A stretch of 64,000 nt of DNA from Macrostomum hystrix (Eukaryota; Animalia; Platyhelminthes): the NCBI GenBank assembly GCA_950097015.1, contig CATNEN010000015.1:372001-436000 (forward strand). The letters are read 5' to 3'. Below the pieces are notes generated by a model. It saw only the letters and a list, made by a program, of their open reading frames with translations, was not told the origin of the DNA and ran no database searches. Positions 36,201 to 51,200 of this stretch are shown piece by piece (the first letter of the stretch is position 1; each line of letters opens with the position of its first letter). Made by a program: the position numbers and the translations under genes.

Positions 36201-39200
36201 CGTCGGTCAGTTCCAAAGGCCACTTCGTAGTAGTCAATCACCTGTCGTTCGCCCAGCTTGTCCACCGAGCTCGAGCCGCCTCCGTTGGGGTTGATAAGGA
36301 CTGTGTCGTTTCCGAAGCCCATCCAGTTGGAAGACAGCTGCGTGTGGGACTTTTGCTTGTGCAGGTCAATGCCCGTGACCGAGCCGTCGAAGACATGGCC
36401 AGGGATGATTGGCTCAAGGCGAATCACCACTCCTGATGATCGAACAGTGATGACGTGCCCGAGTGCTGTAGTGCCACTGACAATTGCGAAGTAGGTCTCT
36501 CCGTTCTGCATATTGAGGCCAAAGTGGCTTCCGCTTGTGCGCTCTGCAATTCATTGAGAAACAACTAATTTCAGTTACATTTAGATCTTGTGTTGAAGGA
36601 ATATATGTGTTAATTAAGCATTTTTTTATTTATGCACCTCCAACGCTAGTGAAATTCTGGACAACAAGACCGTCAAGTCGTTCAAAATAAAGTTGATAAT
36701 CAACAACCGGGCAAGGTTCACCGCTGAAGTCCCACCGGGCACTGAGCTGTTCCACGTTCGTTTGGAAGTCGCTGAAATTTCATTTTTAAATCTCTTTGCT
36801 TCGAGTACAAGTATGTCAACCTGCGCGATGACAAAGTTAGTTTTCATGCAAGCGTCTTACATGTCTTTGCCGACATTGTCTCCATCGTGGACAGTTATTG
36901 GGCTGTGGTAGCCTAAGACAGACCCAACTCTTGTGATGTACACTCCATTAGAGATGACAGTCGAAAAGTGATCCGCACCGTTGAAGCCCTTCAGTACAAC
37001 AAACAGTCTTCTGTAGCTTGCTAGCTGGATTCCAGTGAAAGTGTAGCCGGTAGAATTAGCTGGTATGGCTTCAAACTTCATCACTTGAGTTGCTCCCGGC
37101 GAAGTACCTAGTCCTATCTCGTACCTAAATCATGAGAAAAGCCGTTTTTTCTACGGGATTATAAGCAGCTGTGAGGAGAACTAAAATGATGACAGTAATC
37201 ATATCCCACCGAGAAATTCCACTCTCTGGATCCCGGAACGGTACCCAACTGACTGCCAATGTGTCGAGACCAAGATGGCAAGTGACGTCGAGTTTGAGAC
37301 AACTTTCCGCATCGACGCATTTTTGGTTGTCAGCCTGGATGGAACCGTTGAGCAGCTGGACTCTGTCGGACAGCTCAACTATGACCGAGTGCTCAGGCGG
37401 TGTGTCGTCAATAATGATGGCGCTAGAGTAGATCTTTGTGGAGTACTTCACTTTGTTGAACGCTGTCAAGGTCACGTAATAGTCCTTGTTGTGCTCCATT
37501 GCGGCCGAAAAGTCACTCGCTGCAGGGAGAAATTTGTGTTTACATTTTGCTTGATCTGAGCTCTGACTGTAAGAGTAGTATGTGAGACAAGTTTCAATAG
37601 CTTTCTTATTAATATCCTCACTCACGGTGAACAGTGAATGAAGTCGCATCCCCGCTGACATTCTTGCCAAGAAGGATTTCGGCCCGTCCTTCAGCCTCGC
37701 CAATCATCACTGAGTAGTAGTCGATTTCGCTTTGCGGGTCTTGAACGCCCTCCCAATGGCAGGAGAGTGGACTAAACGACTAGAATGCGAGGGAAAGTTA
37801 TCGATAATTATTAACTTCTCAAATCAAACCAGTGACAAGCAGGTTGAAACCATCCAGTGTGTACCTTGGTGAACTTTGGGCACCTCAGAGTACCTTCAGT
37901 TGGCGGGGTTGAGTCGAAGACCACAGGGGCTGAGGAGGTGATGTTCTTCTGACCAAGCGCATTGACAACGATGGCAGTAAAAATGTTGGGCAGTCCATCC
38001 GACTGTGGATGAACCCGATCATCCGCAGTCACACCTGACCTGTCCTTGGCTCCTAGATCGATTCCGTCGCGTCTGAACAGCGAGTCTCCAAGCGGATGGT
38101 CGCCGTACATCACAGAGGCCAAGGTCACTTCACTCTCGAGATCACTGAACTCGAACTGAGCAGTGAGCGAGTCCACCGTCTCTGAGTAGATCGATGATTG
38201 TGTCAGCGGCATGGGCCCATCAGGAAGACCCAGGTCCGTTATTCGAACAAACGGTGGAGTCCGATCCACGACGATGCCGTCAGAAGAGGCCTCGAGAATG
38301 TAGCCAGCGTTGGTGACGCCACGAACCGTACAAAAGTACGCCTTGCCATGTTCCAGGCGGATGGGCATCTGGGCATGGCCTGAAGACGAAAGTCCCTCGT
38401 GCTCCGCATCGTCAGAGTTGACAAAGTCGTCTACGTCATCATATAGGACAATGCCAACCCGAGTGTAGCGCTGCACATTCTCGGACATTGGCCTGGACCC
38501 GATCGCCCACTCATAGTGGTTGATTCCGTACAGTGGACTGTGGAAACCCTCGAACTGGCAGGTCAGCGAGTAGTCGTCTGACTGATAGCGAGCGTTCACT
38601 TTTGGCTCATCTCCATCCATCAGATATCCTGGAGCGTCCTCAGCCAGAACGACTATCGGCATCGATGAGATCACAGCACTTTCTATTCCGGCTCCGTTGA
38701 CAGCATACGCACTGACATAGTATACTGGCGCTTTCGTCTTTGTGTCCGTCACATTGAGCTCGACTGACAGCCTGCCTGAATTCATTCTCGACATCGATGT
38801 CCAGTTCAATACATTCGCTAATCCTGAAATAATGAGCGAGCAGGTAAACTACTTAAGAAAAGAAAATTGACACGAGTCCATAATTAATGAAAGAACTGCC
38901 TGGACTCGCTTTCGCTTACCAGGCTGATCGCCGACAGCCAAAAAGTACTCATAAATGTCCGACTCGGGATCAACCGCTTGCCACCAGCCCCTTATTCCAG
39001 ATTTGTCCGCCTGCCACACGTATCCACCATGGTGCTCCTCCAACTCTCCGGGCGCAACGTTCACCTTCACCCAACGCATGACTGGCGGTGTGTTATCGAC
39101 TAGAGACCCGGTCGTCTCCCGCTCTTGACGCAGCAGGGCTCCGTTCTGACCGACAACTCTAACAGAGTACCGGCTGCCCAGTCTCAGGCTCAGGTTAGTG

Positions 39201-42200
39201 TGCTCAACGAGACTGGCATTTGGTGCTAGCGTTTCACTCCATTCGTGTTCTTTTTCTATAATTGTGATGAGTATAATCGGCGAATAAGAATGGTACATAT
39301 TACTTAAAATGTAATGAGCATTCATGTGAATTTCTGAGCAAATTACGTGGGAAAAGCTGATGCTTTGATCCGTGCGTTAGCTCATAGATCCGATATTGGA
39401 AGCTCGCTAGCTTTGACTCAGGATCTGTAAAGTCCCAGTTGGCCTTTACCGTCGAAAGAGAAGATTGAAAGTCGGCGTTCTTGGTCTCATCGTGTCCGTC
39501 GTACAATCTATTTACCACAGGCTTCGTCAAATCAATTAGGACTCCACTGGAAGACGTTGCAATCGAATTTAGTGCCCTATTGGTTGCATTCAACTGGACT
39601 TTAACAAGTTCGTTATGATGAAAATGAAAGTGGTTCCAATCTATGCTGGATTGGTTCGGGGAGATGGAAATCTCAGAGCTCGCTCGAACCCACTCCTTGA
39701 AAGTCGAATCGAATCTCAGCACGCTAATTCCGTACTCCTTGATGTCCGACTCCGGGTCTGAAAAGCCTCGCCACTGAGCGCTCACTGAAGCAGCATTCGA
39801 TGAGTACACAAGATCAGTGAAGTCCGCAGCCAGACCGTCCACAATGTCACCCATAACAGGTGAGGTGAGATCGCAGAGAATGCCGCTGCTGGAAGCATTC
39901 ACTGCCAGCTCCCTGTGGCCGTAGTGCACGGCAGTGATGACGCTGTGATAGCGCACGTTGTGCTGCAGCTCCTGACCGCCGGCCAGGCTGGACTCCATGC
40001 AAAGGACCTGCTTGTGGCTGTCAACGAACTCGATGCGGTAAATCTCCTCTGCCTCCTTGAAGAGCTGCCAGTGATAGAATGCGATGCCCGACTCATCGTC
40101 TCGGAAGTCGAACCAGTTGACGCACATGCGATCCGGCTTTCCAACGAACTCCGCGTCGTGTTTGAATTCGCTTCCGTCCAGGACAAAACCTGCGATCGGC
40201 GGTGTCAGATCGATCAAGATCGGCCGGTCCGCGTGCTGCACCGAGCTGAGGTTCACGCTGTTCTCGGCCCTAAGGATAGCCCACACGGGCACACCGTCGG
40301 GCAGCCGATGAGTCATTGCGAAGGAGCTTGTGAACTCGAGCACGTCCTCTTCAAAATCTGGCGTTCCAGTGAAGGGCATACGCTGGAAGGCTAAGACCAT
40401 CGTGTCAAACTTCGTGCGTCCCAGACCGATGTCGAACTCCTTGATTCCGGATAGCGGATCGCTGAAATGTTTCGTTTTTACAATGCTTTTCAGTAGCCAT
40501 AATCGTTCAGTGAAAGTTCAAGTGTAGAAATTAAACAAGAAAATGCTTACGACATGTGGTACTGCGCACTTAGCTGCAGGTTCTCCTCGTCGTACTGCAC
40601 GTCTTTAAGATGGTGAACTAGCGGAGGCGTGTTGTCAACTACAATGGGCCTCCAGTGGCACAGAGTCAGCGTCATGGGTCCCCCGAATTCCACCTTGTTA
40701 GTAGCCCGCACTGTTGAGTAGTACTTCCCATCCGGTAGGCCGCTCTCTTTGTAAATCGGATTGGGAATAGGATGGATGCTGCCGACGTGAGTCCACTGGG
40801 ACTCGTGGCCGAGGTGGGCGTGCGGATCTCCGAAACCGAGGCTGACGTCGGTTGCACAGATGGCCGTGCCCACTGCCCAGGTGATGCCGAAAATCGAAGT
40901 CTCATTGTCGTGCATGCCGTCCCAGTTGGCAGAAATGAACTCATTGGCACGAGTCCACCTGACATCGACCATACGGTCGTGTCCGTTAAACAGAGTTCTG
41001 GAACCCATGCCGTCGATAATCTTGCGGTGGTTTTTCAGTAAAGTCTCGTACTTTGTCCTGACAACGTTGTTTGTATCTTGCGGATCAACTGGTCCACATC
41101 TGTCCCACCACTTTCTGATTATTTTCTCTCGGCACACTGTGTACACAACTTCGCTTGACGACACATTCGCCGTGAAGCCGGGATAAGGAGGGTCGAAGTC
41201 GGTCAGGATCGGCTGCGAGGCGATGATGTTGGAATAGCCCAAGGTGTTTTTCAAAAACAGGCTCACAAAGTGAATGTTGTTGTGCCTCAGAGTAAAGTCT
41301 TGCTGGAAGTAGCTTGCAGAATGGCCCAAAGCTTTCCTCTCATAGTACGCAAAGCCATAACTGTCTGACAATCGAGATCGATGCCCGATCATCTCGTGCG
41401 ACAGTTCGCAGAGCCTGTTTACGACTGCAATGGAAAAAAGGCTTTCCATGTTTCTGTGATTCTAGTGCAGATCAATTAGACCAATATAAATTTGTTAACA
41501 TACAGTGGTAATTGAATGCCCTGCATTTATCGCCCTGCTTGACGCAATCCTCGGCACACATCTGGCTGGTAAAGACGGACGTTCGCGTGACATAAACCCC
41601 GCTTGCGAGCCGGCCGTGCAAAGGCGACGAGAAACGACTGAGGGGGCTCGATGCATCTGAGGCGGATTTGGTAGCTTTTTCAGTGTAAAATGTTGAGATT
41701 GAGATGGAAATTACACCTAGATTCTAGGCACAGCCACAGCTATTGCGCATCGCTTCCAGAGGCTGTGTACAGCTGTTCAGTCCGTGGACTGGGGTATGCC
41801 ACCTGAGTTTCTATCCTAGCTGGTGCTGCTATCAGTTTTACGGAAGGATACACTAAACACTAAAGTCCTTCTTCAATGTTTTTGAAGTTTTTGGCAGGGA
41901 TTCAAGCTGCCTTGTAGTGAAATAGGAAACGACCGAATAGAATCTTCGATACATTTTTTGCATAATTTTGCACAGAATAATTTAATACGAGCTAGATATA
42001 TGAGTTTTTAGCAGCTTTTAAAGAATTTCTATCTATATTTTGGAGATTGGTTTCCAAACCTTTAAAACCAAAAAAATTAAGCAGCTTGCAGCTGAAATCA
42101 CGATGTGAGTTAGCCTTAGAAAATCTTTTTTCTATTTGCTTCAAAGCTTAAAAAGTGAAATTGGAGAGACGGCGATGAATGAAAGGCGATATGAGCGACG

Positions 42201-45200
42201 ATCACAAAAATGATTCGTTTGACCCAGCGCTATCGGTAAGCTCGTACGGGTGCAAGTACCAAAGTTCTATATTTCCAAGATTCTATAATCGCCGCCGTCA
42301 CGAAGGCGAGATGACTCCTCCTTCTCTCTCTCGCTGCTTTCTGCCCAGTTGTTCCAGCGTAACTGTCTAGCATTTAGCGAGCACTATTCCACTAGCTGTC
42401 CTTGAACGTGTGAACGAGCTTGGAAACCACCAGAGCAGTGGTCAGAGTAAACGGCAACAGTTAGGAAGAAAAAACAGCAACTGAACAGATGGAACCCCAC
42501 CTAAAAGAGAACCGTGATTTTTAATCAACGAATGTAGCCTACTTTGGAACTGCATTTGCAAATCGAATAAACAAACTAATGACAGCTTTGCGAGAACGTG
42601 ACAAAGAAGAAATATATAGTGGAAGGACCTACTCAAAGCCAACGACCACCCTCAATAGAGTCTTTATTCTTAATAGCGCTTTGCATGCTAGCCAAGGCCG
42701 TCCCCAAAGTACACATAATATTCCATAGGCAGACAGACTGTGCAAAACCACCCACCAGCCTGATTGTCGGGCTTAGTCAAGTCGATCGTGCGCCAAACAA
42801 CGTGGCTCTCCCCGCCAGGTCCGAATCCCACAGCAAGGCGGGTCTCCACGAGTTTGGAGTCATCCGTAGCGATGGCGTACGCAGAGAGTATGCCCGGATT
42901 GCTGGTGCTTCTGAAGTCGGCCTGAACTCGGCCTTGCGGCAGGGTGGTGTCGTATGTCGGCAGATCGCATGTGGCGTAGACAACGTCGCGCTGGCTGTTC
43001 TCGACTCTTATCGTGAAGTACAAGGGGATACTGTGAGGCAGCGGCTGCAACACAAATTACGGATTTGAGGATTATTCGACGCGGCCTCAGGTACAGTGAG
43101 GTAGAAAAACTAAAGCATTTGACGAACAATTACCCACCCTTGAAATGATGGACATTGGTCCCTTGAATTCGCTGTCTCGCACAATGTCATTCATTCCCTT
43201 GGACGAACCGATGCTATACGTCATTCTAATCAAGCCAGAATCGTCTTCCGCATCAAGCTCCAGTCGGAATGCCGGGTCATTCACATCGCGACCGGGCAAC
43301 TGCCACACGTTGCAATGCCTGGTTGATCTTTTCACGAGCGAAAATCCTGCTAATTTTCCTTCCATGTCACTGACCACTAGCGGCTTGTCGTCCTTTTTGC
43401 TTTGATGTCGGTACACAACAACGCTAAAAAGACTGGGTGCGGAAACTCGCCAAATCCTTGCTCGGAAGAGCGTAAACCTAGAAACACATTTTTTCAAGTA
43501 TTCGTGGATAATATACTCTTTTCATAGAAAAAGCTAATTTTCTGGCTTCCATGTCTGACTCATATGAACTTACCAGATAAAGAAAAATTTAATCGATACA
43601 ACACCATCCAACTGAAGGGCGATTGGAACGAGCTCAAGCCGCAGAATATGTTTATGCTGGATGTCCTGCTGTTTAAAATCAATCTCAACGGTATAGGGCA
43701 GGCGCATCTCCAAAAGGTATCCAGTTAATTCGATGCCGCCGCAAATCAAGAAGCAAATGTGGACGCCTGCAAACACCTGTAAGTACGAGTTTTTAAAGAA
43801 TTCGCCAATGAGGATGATCGGTCAAGTTGGATGAGTGGTGGAGCAGTAATACGTACTCTGGTACAAATATCCCCGAACTCGAATAGATGGTGAGACCACA
43901 TAATTTTTAGCGCAGCCGCAGAGAGAAGGGTGTGTGTGTATGTGTTATTCTTATCGAGCAATCGACGATTATGAGGATTAACCGCTAAGGCGCAGTTACA
44001 GTGTGCATTGCCTGATGATGAGGGCACAGTACATTGCCTGACTGAAATATTACTGAACTAATTTAAGGAAGTAAAAACAAATGAGTGTGCATAAAAATTT
44101 GTTAAACCTAGATATATGCCATTGCGCACAGGCTCGTTATCTGACGATGAGAAAATCAGATGCGTATTCGCGTCTACGTAAGTTTCCGTGTGCGTGACAT
44201 TAGGTATCAGCCGAGTGGGAATCATTGCCACACACTGCAGCTGAGGCTGGACATTTTTTATTTAACGCATCAGTCTTCTAGTCCCATACAAAAAGCTCGT
44301 TAGAACAATACAATGACTCACCGCCGGGCCGGCTCGCGGCGTGAGATGAAACGTAACCTTTCTTGAAATGATTAACGCCTCGAAAGTCCCCTCAAGGTTC
44401 AAGGTGCCAGCGAGTCCAACTCGAAACACAATTGGGAAAATTGATCCGAGGATCATGCTGGTGTCGAGGGAGAACAAGACCAGTCGGAACTCCCGCATTT
44501 GAATGGTGCCTTCTACTTTGACGTCGAATGACTTGAAGAACTCTGGATCGAATCCACCCTCGGGTTTGGCGTCAAAAATGTATTCCAGCTGAGGATTTGG
44601 GGAGAATGCTGCTTCATTTGCTGTCACTTATTATCAATCTTTCTAATCTTAAGTTTCTTACCATCTTGTCCAGAAGGGTGGAAAAATCGTTTGTCATTAA
44701 TCCTGTAGAGATACGCCGATTTCCGAACTTGAGGTTAGTCAAAGCTGCCACGTCGAACAGCGTCATGTTACCAAGCAGAAGAGCCAAATCGGTGAGTCCC
44801 TGTTTTGAGAAGCCTTGGCCCATGATGTACGAGCCGCCTTGTAATGCACTTCCTGAGTTTGAAGCCCTTAGCAGTACTTGGCGGATGTGGTCAACGCCTC
44901 TCTTGAAGTTTTCATCCAATGTTGCGCCTCTTGCATCAACTGCTAGGCGCACTGGATTCATCCTCAGCAATGGTCCCCTGCGAATCGAGCCTTCATTACT
45001 TTCGCTTAATTCCTTCTGAACTCTCAATCCGTCCTCGAGTGCCGGCATGCTGACACCAATGGTCGCGGCTTTACTCATTAGCATCTGCTCCATCTGGCGA
45101 TTAACAGCTTCAAAGTCCAAGCTTGACCACTTATGAAGAACATCAGGTTGATTACTCAAATCCCTGAGCATCTCAGTTACTGGATCCATGAGTTCACTCA

Positions 45201-48200
45201 AATCGGATTCATCAAAACCAGCTGCCGGGCTTCTCTTTTGTCTGCCGTGCGGTTCTGAAGCGAATTCTTCGCCCGAGTAAAAGCTTTCAACGAAATTGCT
45301 GGTGCTGTTTACATCCGGACCTGTCCACTTACCATTGAAAATGGTTTGGCATGCGGCTGGAACAGGAACCACCGTCATGTTGATGATCTGGTATTGCAGC
45401 AGATTGTTCGCTGAGTCGGGCAAAGTGAAGTAGAAAATGAGGTCAGTTTGATAGGCCACTATTCTGTCCCCTTTGATAGGCTCCCAAAGTCCAGGAATCG
45501 GAGTTGGCGAGTTTGCTGTTATGGCGCTTAAATACAAGTCCGCCGATATTCTCTCCGTGATGTCAATCCTAAATGATTTGCCATGGTGAAAGCCTGACAA
45601 AGTTGAGTTGAGGACATAGTTTTCATAGCCGAATTTAAATGTATCGTTGCATGGATCCAGCCGAAATACGAAATAGAAGTCTCTCATTGCAACTTCCAAG
45701 TCAAACTCGATGCAACACTTGAGTCCGAGGCAGTCCATATCGAAGGAGCAACTGGCCCCCTCATCCCTCCACAGGACGCTGTCATTGAAGTGCGGGCAGT
45801 AGGGACCGGGAGTCAAAATTACTCGCTCAATGATTCTTGTTTGATTCTCGTAGCAAGTTACGTTCGGACTGATGGTCGTCAAAGTTGAGTTGATCAGCGA
45901 GTTGTTGCACGGAACCTCCACCTCAACTATTACAGTTTCGTTATAGTACTCTCTGAGTGGGTACTCATCAATGGCGCACTTTGTGGAGCGCAGGAGGTCC
46001 GGGGACACCTTCAATCGGTTGATGATCAAGCCGCTCTCCACATCTGCCTGTGACGGGTACAGGTAGGTTCCGTTGGACAAGCACACGGGAAACTCGAAGC
46101 TCATGTCCTTGAGAATGTCGGCTTCCATCTCGCAGCTACCCAGCACAGTGGACTGGTCCGTGCACAATGTGGCTGTGAGGTTCAGCACCACGTGCTTGTT
46201 GTCCGCAGTCCGGGTCATCCTGTAGGATGCTGACATCCAGGGACCGAATCGGAAAGTCCTTTGCTCGTACCAGAGATCCCTCTCAACCAGTTCCTTGGAA
46301 ATGACTTGCCGCTCGAATTGATAGTTGAAGGTCATCGAGCATGGCTCAATAGCCAGCTCGGAGCGAAATGACCAGGTTCCCACAGTCAGGTTGACAGGCA
46401 TGCAGCAGCTCACGCCAACGCAGCCTTCTGTGAACTGGCACTGGACTCCCGGGGACATTAGAGGCATCGTGAGGTGCGGGCAGCTGTGCTGCGGGATGAG
46501 GCTGAAGTCGCAGGGGTAGCTGTACAGCATGGTGAGCACCGTGGCGTTCTCAGCCTCAGTCAGGCCCATGCGGTTCAGCAGCAGGCTGTTTGCTCGGGAG
46601 TAGGTCCCGTTGCTCACGTAGATTTCCTCATCAGGCCACATGAAGCCAATGTCGCTTGAGGCCGCACACAGCGGAATCTTCATCCAAAAGGTGTCAAGTA
46701 TGGTGTACCTGATGATGCTGTCTCCAACGCCGAGAAGCAGGTCCATGGACAGCACGAACTCTTTATAGTCGGGGGCAAGCTGCAACTGGTACTCCAACTG
46801 AACTGCCCTGCCGATTCGCTCAACGTGTTTAGTTTCAAAGTTGTGGCCCAGTAGTGTCTTGTTCATGGACCATCTCTCGAAGCCCACTGACAGCTGTAAG
46901 GTGCAAGGCTCAACGAACAGCCACAGCTTGAAGCTGTGCTGGGTAACTTTGAGATCGATCGTGTAGCAGCACTCCATGCCGGTGCAGGACTTGGTTGGCG
47001 TGCATCGCAGCTGATCTGTGTCCGTTTCATTGCGGTTGTGTTCTCTGCACCAGGACTCCCAGATGGACTTTTGCATGTAATCAACTTCGCACTGTTGCGC
47101 GTACATGCTTTCGAACTGCAGCCCGAGCCGGTTCAGAATCAGAGTGCTCGGAACATTTTTCAGGTCCTCGGGCTTGTCCACCGGTGGCCAGAGTAGTCGG
47201 CCGCCGTCACAGATGGGCAGGTAGAAGAAGGTGGGCCGCAGGATGTCTATCGGCGCTTGGCACGCTTCGCCTTCCTCCAGACACAGGATGTAGCCGGCTG
47301 AGATCAGGGCACCGCTGCCTGAGAAGTGGCTATTCACCTCGTAGAACAGCTTCAGAGACGGGGATACTGCCACCTCGTGCCGAGTGTCTGAGAGGGATGG
47401 CGGGTGGAAGAGACTCGCATGATGTGGGAAAAGTTCTCAAACAGTGACCTAAAATACATACAGGCCTTTTTAGCCAGTCATCTTGCCAAGCTCTTACCGA
47501 ACTCGAGCGTTAAGAACGAAGCGGTGACATGCCATTTCTCGAATGTGATGGAGAACTCAAACTGACAGACATCTACGAAGACGCTGACATGGAATGCTCG
47601 CGACACCACCATGAGATCCGTGTTCTGGCAGCAGACAACTCCGACGCAGCTTGAGTGCAAGACGCACACGGACCTGGGATCCGCGGCCTGCACGTCCACC
47701 TTGTCTTGGAATGGACACTGGGTCTTGTCTGGGATCGTGAGGGAGGAGTTGTAGCACTGGCTGTCCCTGAGAGTCGCAGGTTCCAGCTTCAGCCGGGTAA
47801 CAATCAGGCCGCTCACCGTGTCGATTTGGTTCGGGGAGGGCACTGAAATGCGTCGGTAGGTATGCAGCTGAGTGCTTCAGAAGGCAAAGAATTGGCAAAC
47901 AATCAAGTCCAAAATACCTCCAGGCCAGATCAAAGTTCCGTTGAAGCAGGCGGTAATTGACAGGTGTAGATCTGCCAAAACCGGCACACTGTAGCAGGCG
48001 GTCTTGAGCGGGCACACCAAAAGCTCAAGGTTGAAAACAATGTCCTTCATCTCATTCGCCAGAGTCAGAGTGTAGGCCAGCTTTACATTTTCGCCAATCG
48101 GGTGCTCAGTCTTTCTGCCCCACACAAATCCAAGCAGAGATCGATTGAACGACCACTTCTCAAAGGTGAGTCCAAGCTCATAAGTGCACGGATTAATGTC

Positions 48201-51200
48201 GATTGACGTCTTGAAGGCCGCCTCAGCCACTTTCAGGTTGACGAGCGAGCAGCAATCCAGTCCCGTGCAGATGCCCACAGCTGAGCAGTAGACATCCCGG
48301 GTGTCTGGCGCAGTGACGTGCGGGCACTGGACCGAGGCCTGGCCAAGATCGGACCTCTGACACTCCCTCTCTCTCAGCAGCCGGATGTCAATGCCCAGCT
48401 GAGTTGCCAGGATTCCGCTCAGTCCGCGATCGACATTCGTCCAGTCAAGTCGAGAGCCATCTAAGCACACCGGCACTGGGAAGGTCTGGTCATCGAGGAT
48501 GTTCGCCCCTCGACTGCACTCGCTTCCGTCGCAGTACTCCAGAGCCATGCTGACGATGAAGCTTTGCAGGTGCGGTCCCCTGGCCACCTTGAAGCGAAGG
48601 ATCAGGCGGTCGCCAATCTTTTGCTCCTGCTCTTCATTCCAGCCAGTGAAGTCCATCAGAGTGCCGTTGAGGTACCACTTCTCAAAGCCTACTGAGTAGG
48701 TGTAGGTGCACGGATCGAACTGAATCCACGTGGAGAAGCTTCTGTTGACCAGCTTGAAGTCTACCAGCTGGCAGCATTCAACGCCGAGACAGCCGGGAGC
48801 CAGGCCGCACGTGGTGAAGTCGGGCAGAGCGGGCACATTCGCGTGCGAGCACGTGACGTTCCGGCGTCGAATCTCGTCCACGCTGCACTGCCGATCCGCC
48901 AGGAAGTTCGGAGACACCTTCAGCCGATTCGCAATGAGGCCTTTTGTGGCCTCTTCAACCGACTTTGCGTGTCCTGCCGAGTCCACTGAAATTAGAGTTC
49001 AATGGCTCTTAAACTTCTCAGTGACTCTCATTCACAATGCGCAGGCAACTCACATTCAGGCCACACGAGTCCGGAGCCCCCGCAGGCTGGAATGGGAATG
49101 ACCGCCCCGTCCAGCAGCTTGATGTCGAATGTGCATTGGAAGTCATAGCAGAACTCCACGGACAGTGTAGCCAGCAGTTGGCCGTCTGATGCTCGACCGT
49201 ACTCGAAATTCACTGACAGCGAGTTGCCGATCTTCTCTACGTACCTGCGACCTGGAATGCACGGGATTCAGAACTTTGCACTTTTTGCCAAGAGGACTGA
49301 CACAAGAGAAAACAAGCACAGCGCACCAATGTGATTGAGCAGACTGATGTTGAACCTCCAGTTTTCGAATCCCGTCTCGAACCTCAGACCGCACGGGTCG
49401 ATGGCAAGCCAGACGTGGAACTGCTTCTTGAAGGACAGCATCTGCAGGTCAATGCAGCAGTCCATCTCAAGACAGTCGTCGCTGATTCTGCACTTTGCAC
49501 CCTCTGGCAGCTGGGGCGGCACTGTGAAGTGGGGGCAGTTCCTCCTTGACACTGGAGATGACGTCACTACCGTGCAGTTCTCGGGTCGGAAAACTCCAGG
49601 AGGTATGTTTAGCCTCTTGAGAGCTATTTCAGCAGCGTTGTCCCAGATCTTGCTGCCGTCGACCTTGTCAAAGTCCCCTGGAAAAACCAAGTGCATTATG
49701 TAATATCCTGAAAGCAGTTATATAAGCAGAGAAAAATCTCTGCTGCTTACAGTCGATGGTTCCGTTAGCGTGGCACAGAGGCACCTGCAGCAACTGGTCG
49801 TTGAGAAGGCTGACCACAGTACAGGACTGCCCAGAGTCGCCCAAGCACAGCTCGATTCTCGCAGACAGAACAAAGTTCTTGTCGTCGGCTGACTTGTCCA
49901 GAGTGTAGATCAGACGCACAGCCTTGGCGATCTGCTCCCTCTGCTCAACGCCCCAGACAAAGCTCAGCAGTGTCCGGTTCAGCAGCCAGTTATCGAAGGA
50001 GATGGACAGCACCATCACGCAGGGGTCAACGAAGGCCCGAACCATGAAGGAGCGGCTCACGATGCCGAGGTCCAGACTGGCGCAGCAGTCCACGCCCATG
50101 CAGCCATCGGAGTGCACGCAGCGAAGGCTTTCCAGGCCCCCTGAGCTGCTCTGGATCGGGGGCATGTGGGGACACTTGTCTGGCTGCTCTGGCGCCAGGC
50201 TGCACTGGTTCGGTTTCAGGTATCTGGCCACGATGCCCAGCCGATTAACCAGCAGGCCGCTCACGCTGCGCTCTCCGATGCTCGGCCAGCTGAGGCCGCC
50301 TCCGGAGCTGCAGCCCGGAATGGGCAGCGCGGTGTTCTCCAGGAAGACGCGCTCGCTGCTGCAGCCGCCGTCCTGACAGATGGTCACGCCGAATGTGAAG
50401 ATGAAGTTGTTGAAGTCGGCGCTGCGGTCGAGCATGCTGCGAATCTTCACGTGTCCGAGCTGGTGCTCCGCCGGTCTGCCGAACAACCCGCCGTTTCCGA
50501 TGAGGCTCTGGGTGACGGTCCAGCGCTCGAATCCGAAGGTGTAGACAAACTTGCAGGGGTCAACGGAGACCCAGAAGAGGAAGTTGCGCCTGGCCACACC
50601 CAGGTTGATGTCCATGCAGCATTGGATGCCGGTGCACTGAGCGGTCAGCCGGCAGCGCATTCCCTCAGGCAGGCTGGGGATGATCGTGTGCGGACACGCT
50701 GTCAGGCTCTGCTGAATCTCATCGTCACTCAGGCTGCAAGCCTGCTCTCTGAGGATGCCTTGCTCCAGGTTCAGCCGGGTCAGCACTAAGCCACTGACAC
50801 CTTTGATATCATGGGACACCTGATCGCGCTCTGTAAATGTTTTACTGAAAATAGTTTTGTGTCTTCCTAGATGGTTGGATAGGTTGTCAAGGTATCAAGA
50901 ATTTCTTTATTACCAACTGGCCATGAAAGCGAGCTGTTGCTGAAGCACCGAGGGATCGGCATCAGGTAGTGGTTCAAGAAGTTCGTGTTGGGCAACTCGC
51001 AGTAGCCATCCTTGCAGATGGCCAGCTTGGCAGTCACAATCAGGTTCAGCAGATCCACCGACCGCGTCAAATTGTATCTGAAAAGCGAGACACAAAAGAG
51101 TTTCGTGCATTGTTAAAAAAGCCTTCCATAGATTTCTCAGTTAACCAATCGTATTAATTTAGTATAAAGCTCTAATTCATATACATTGCCTTAAGTCCTT

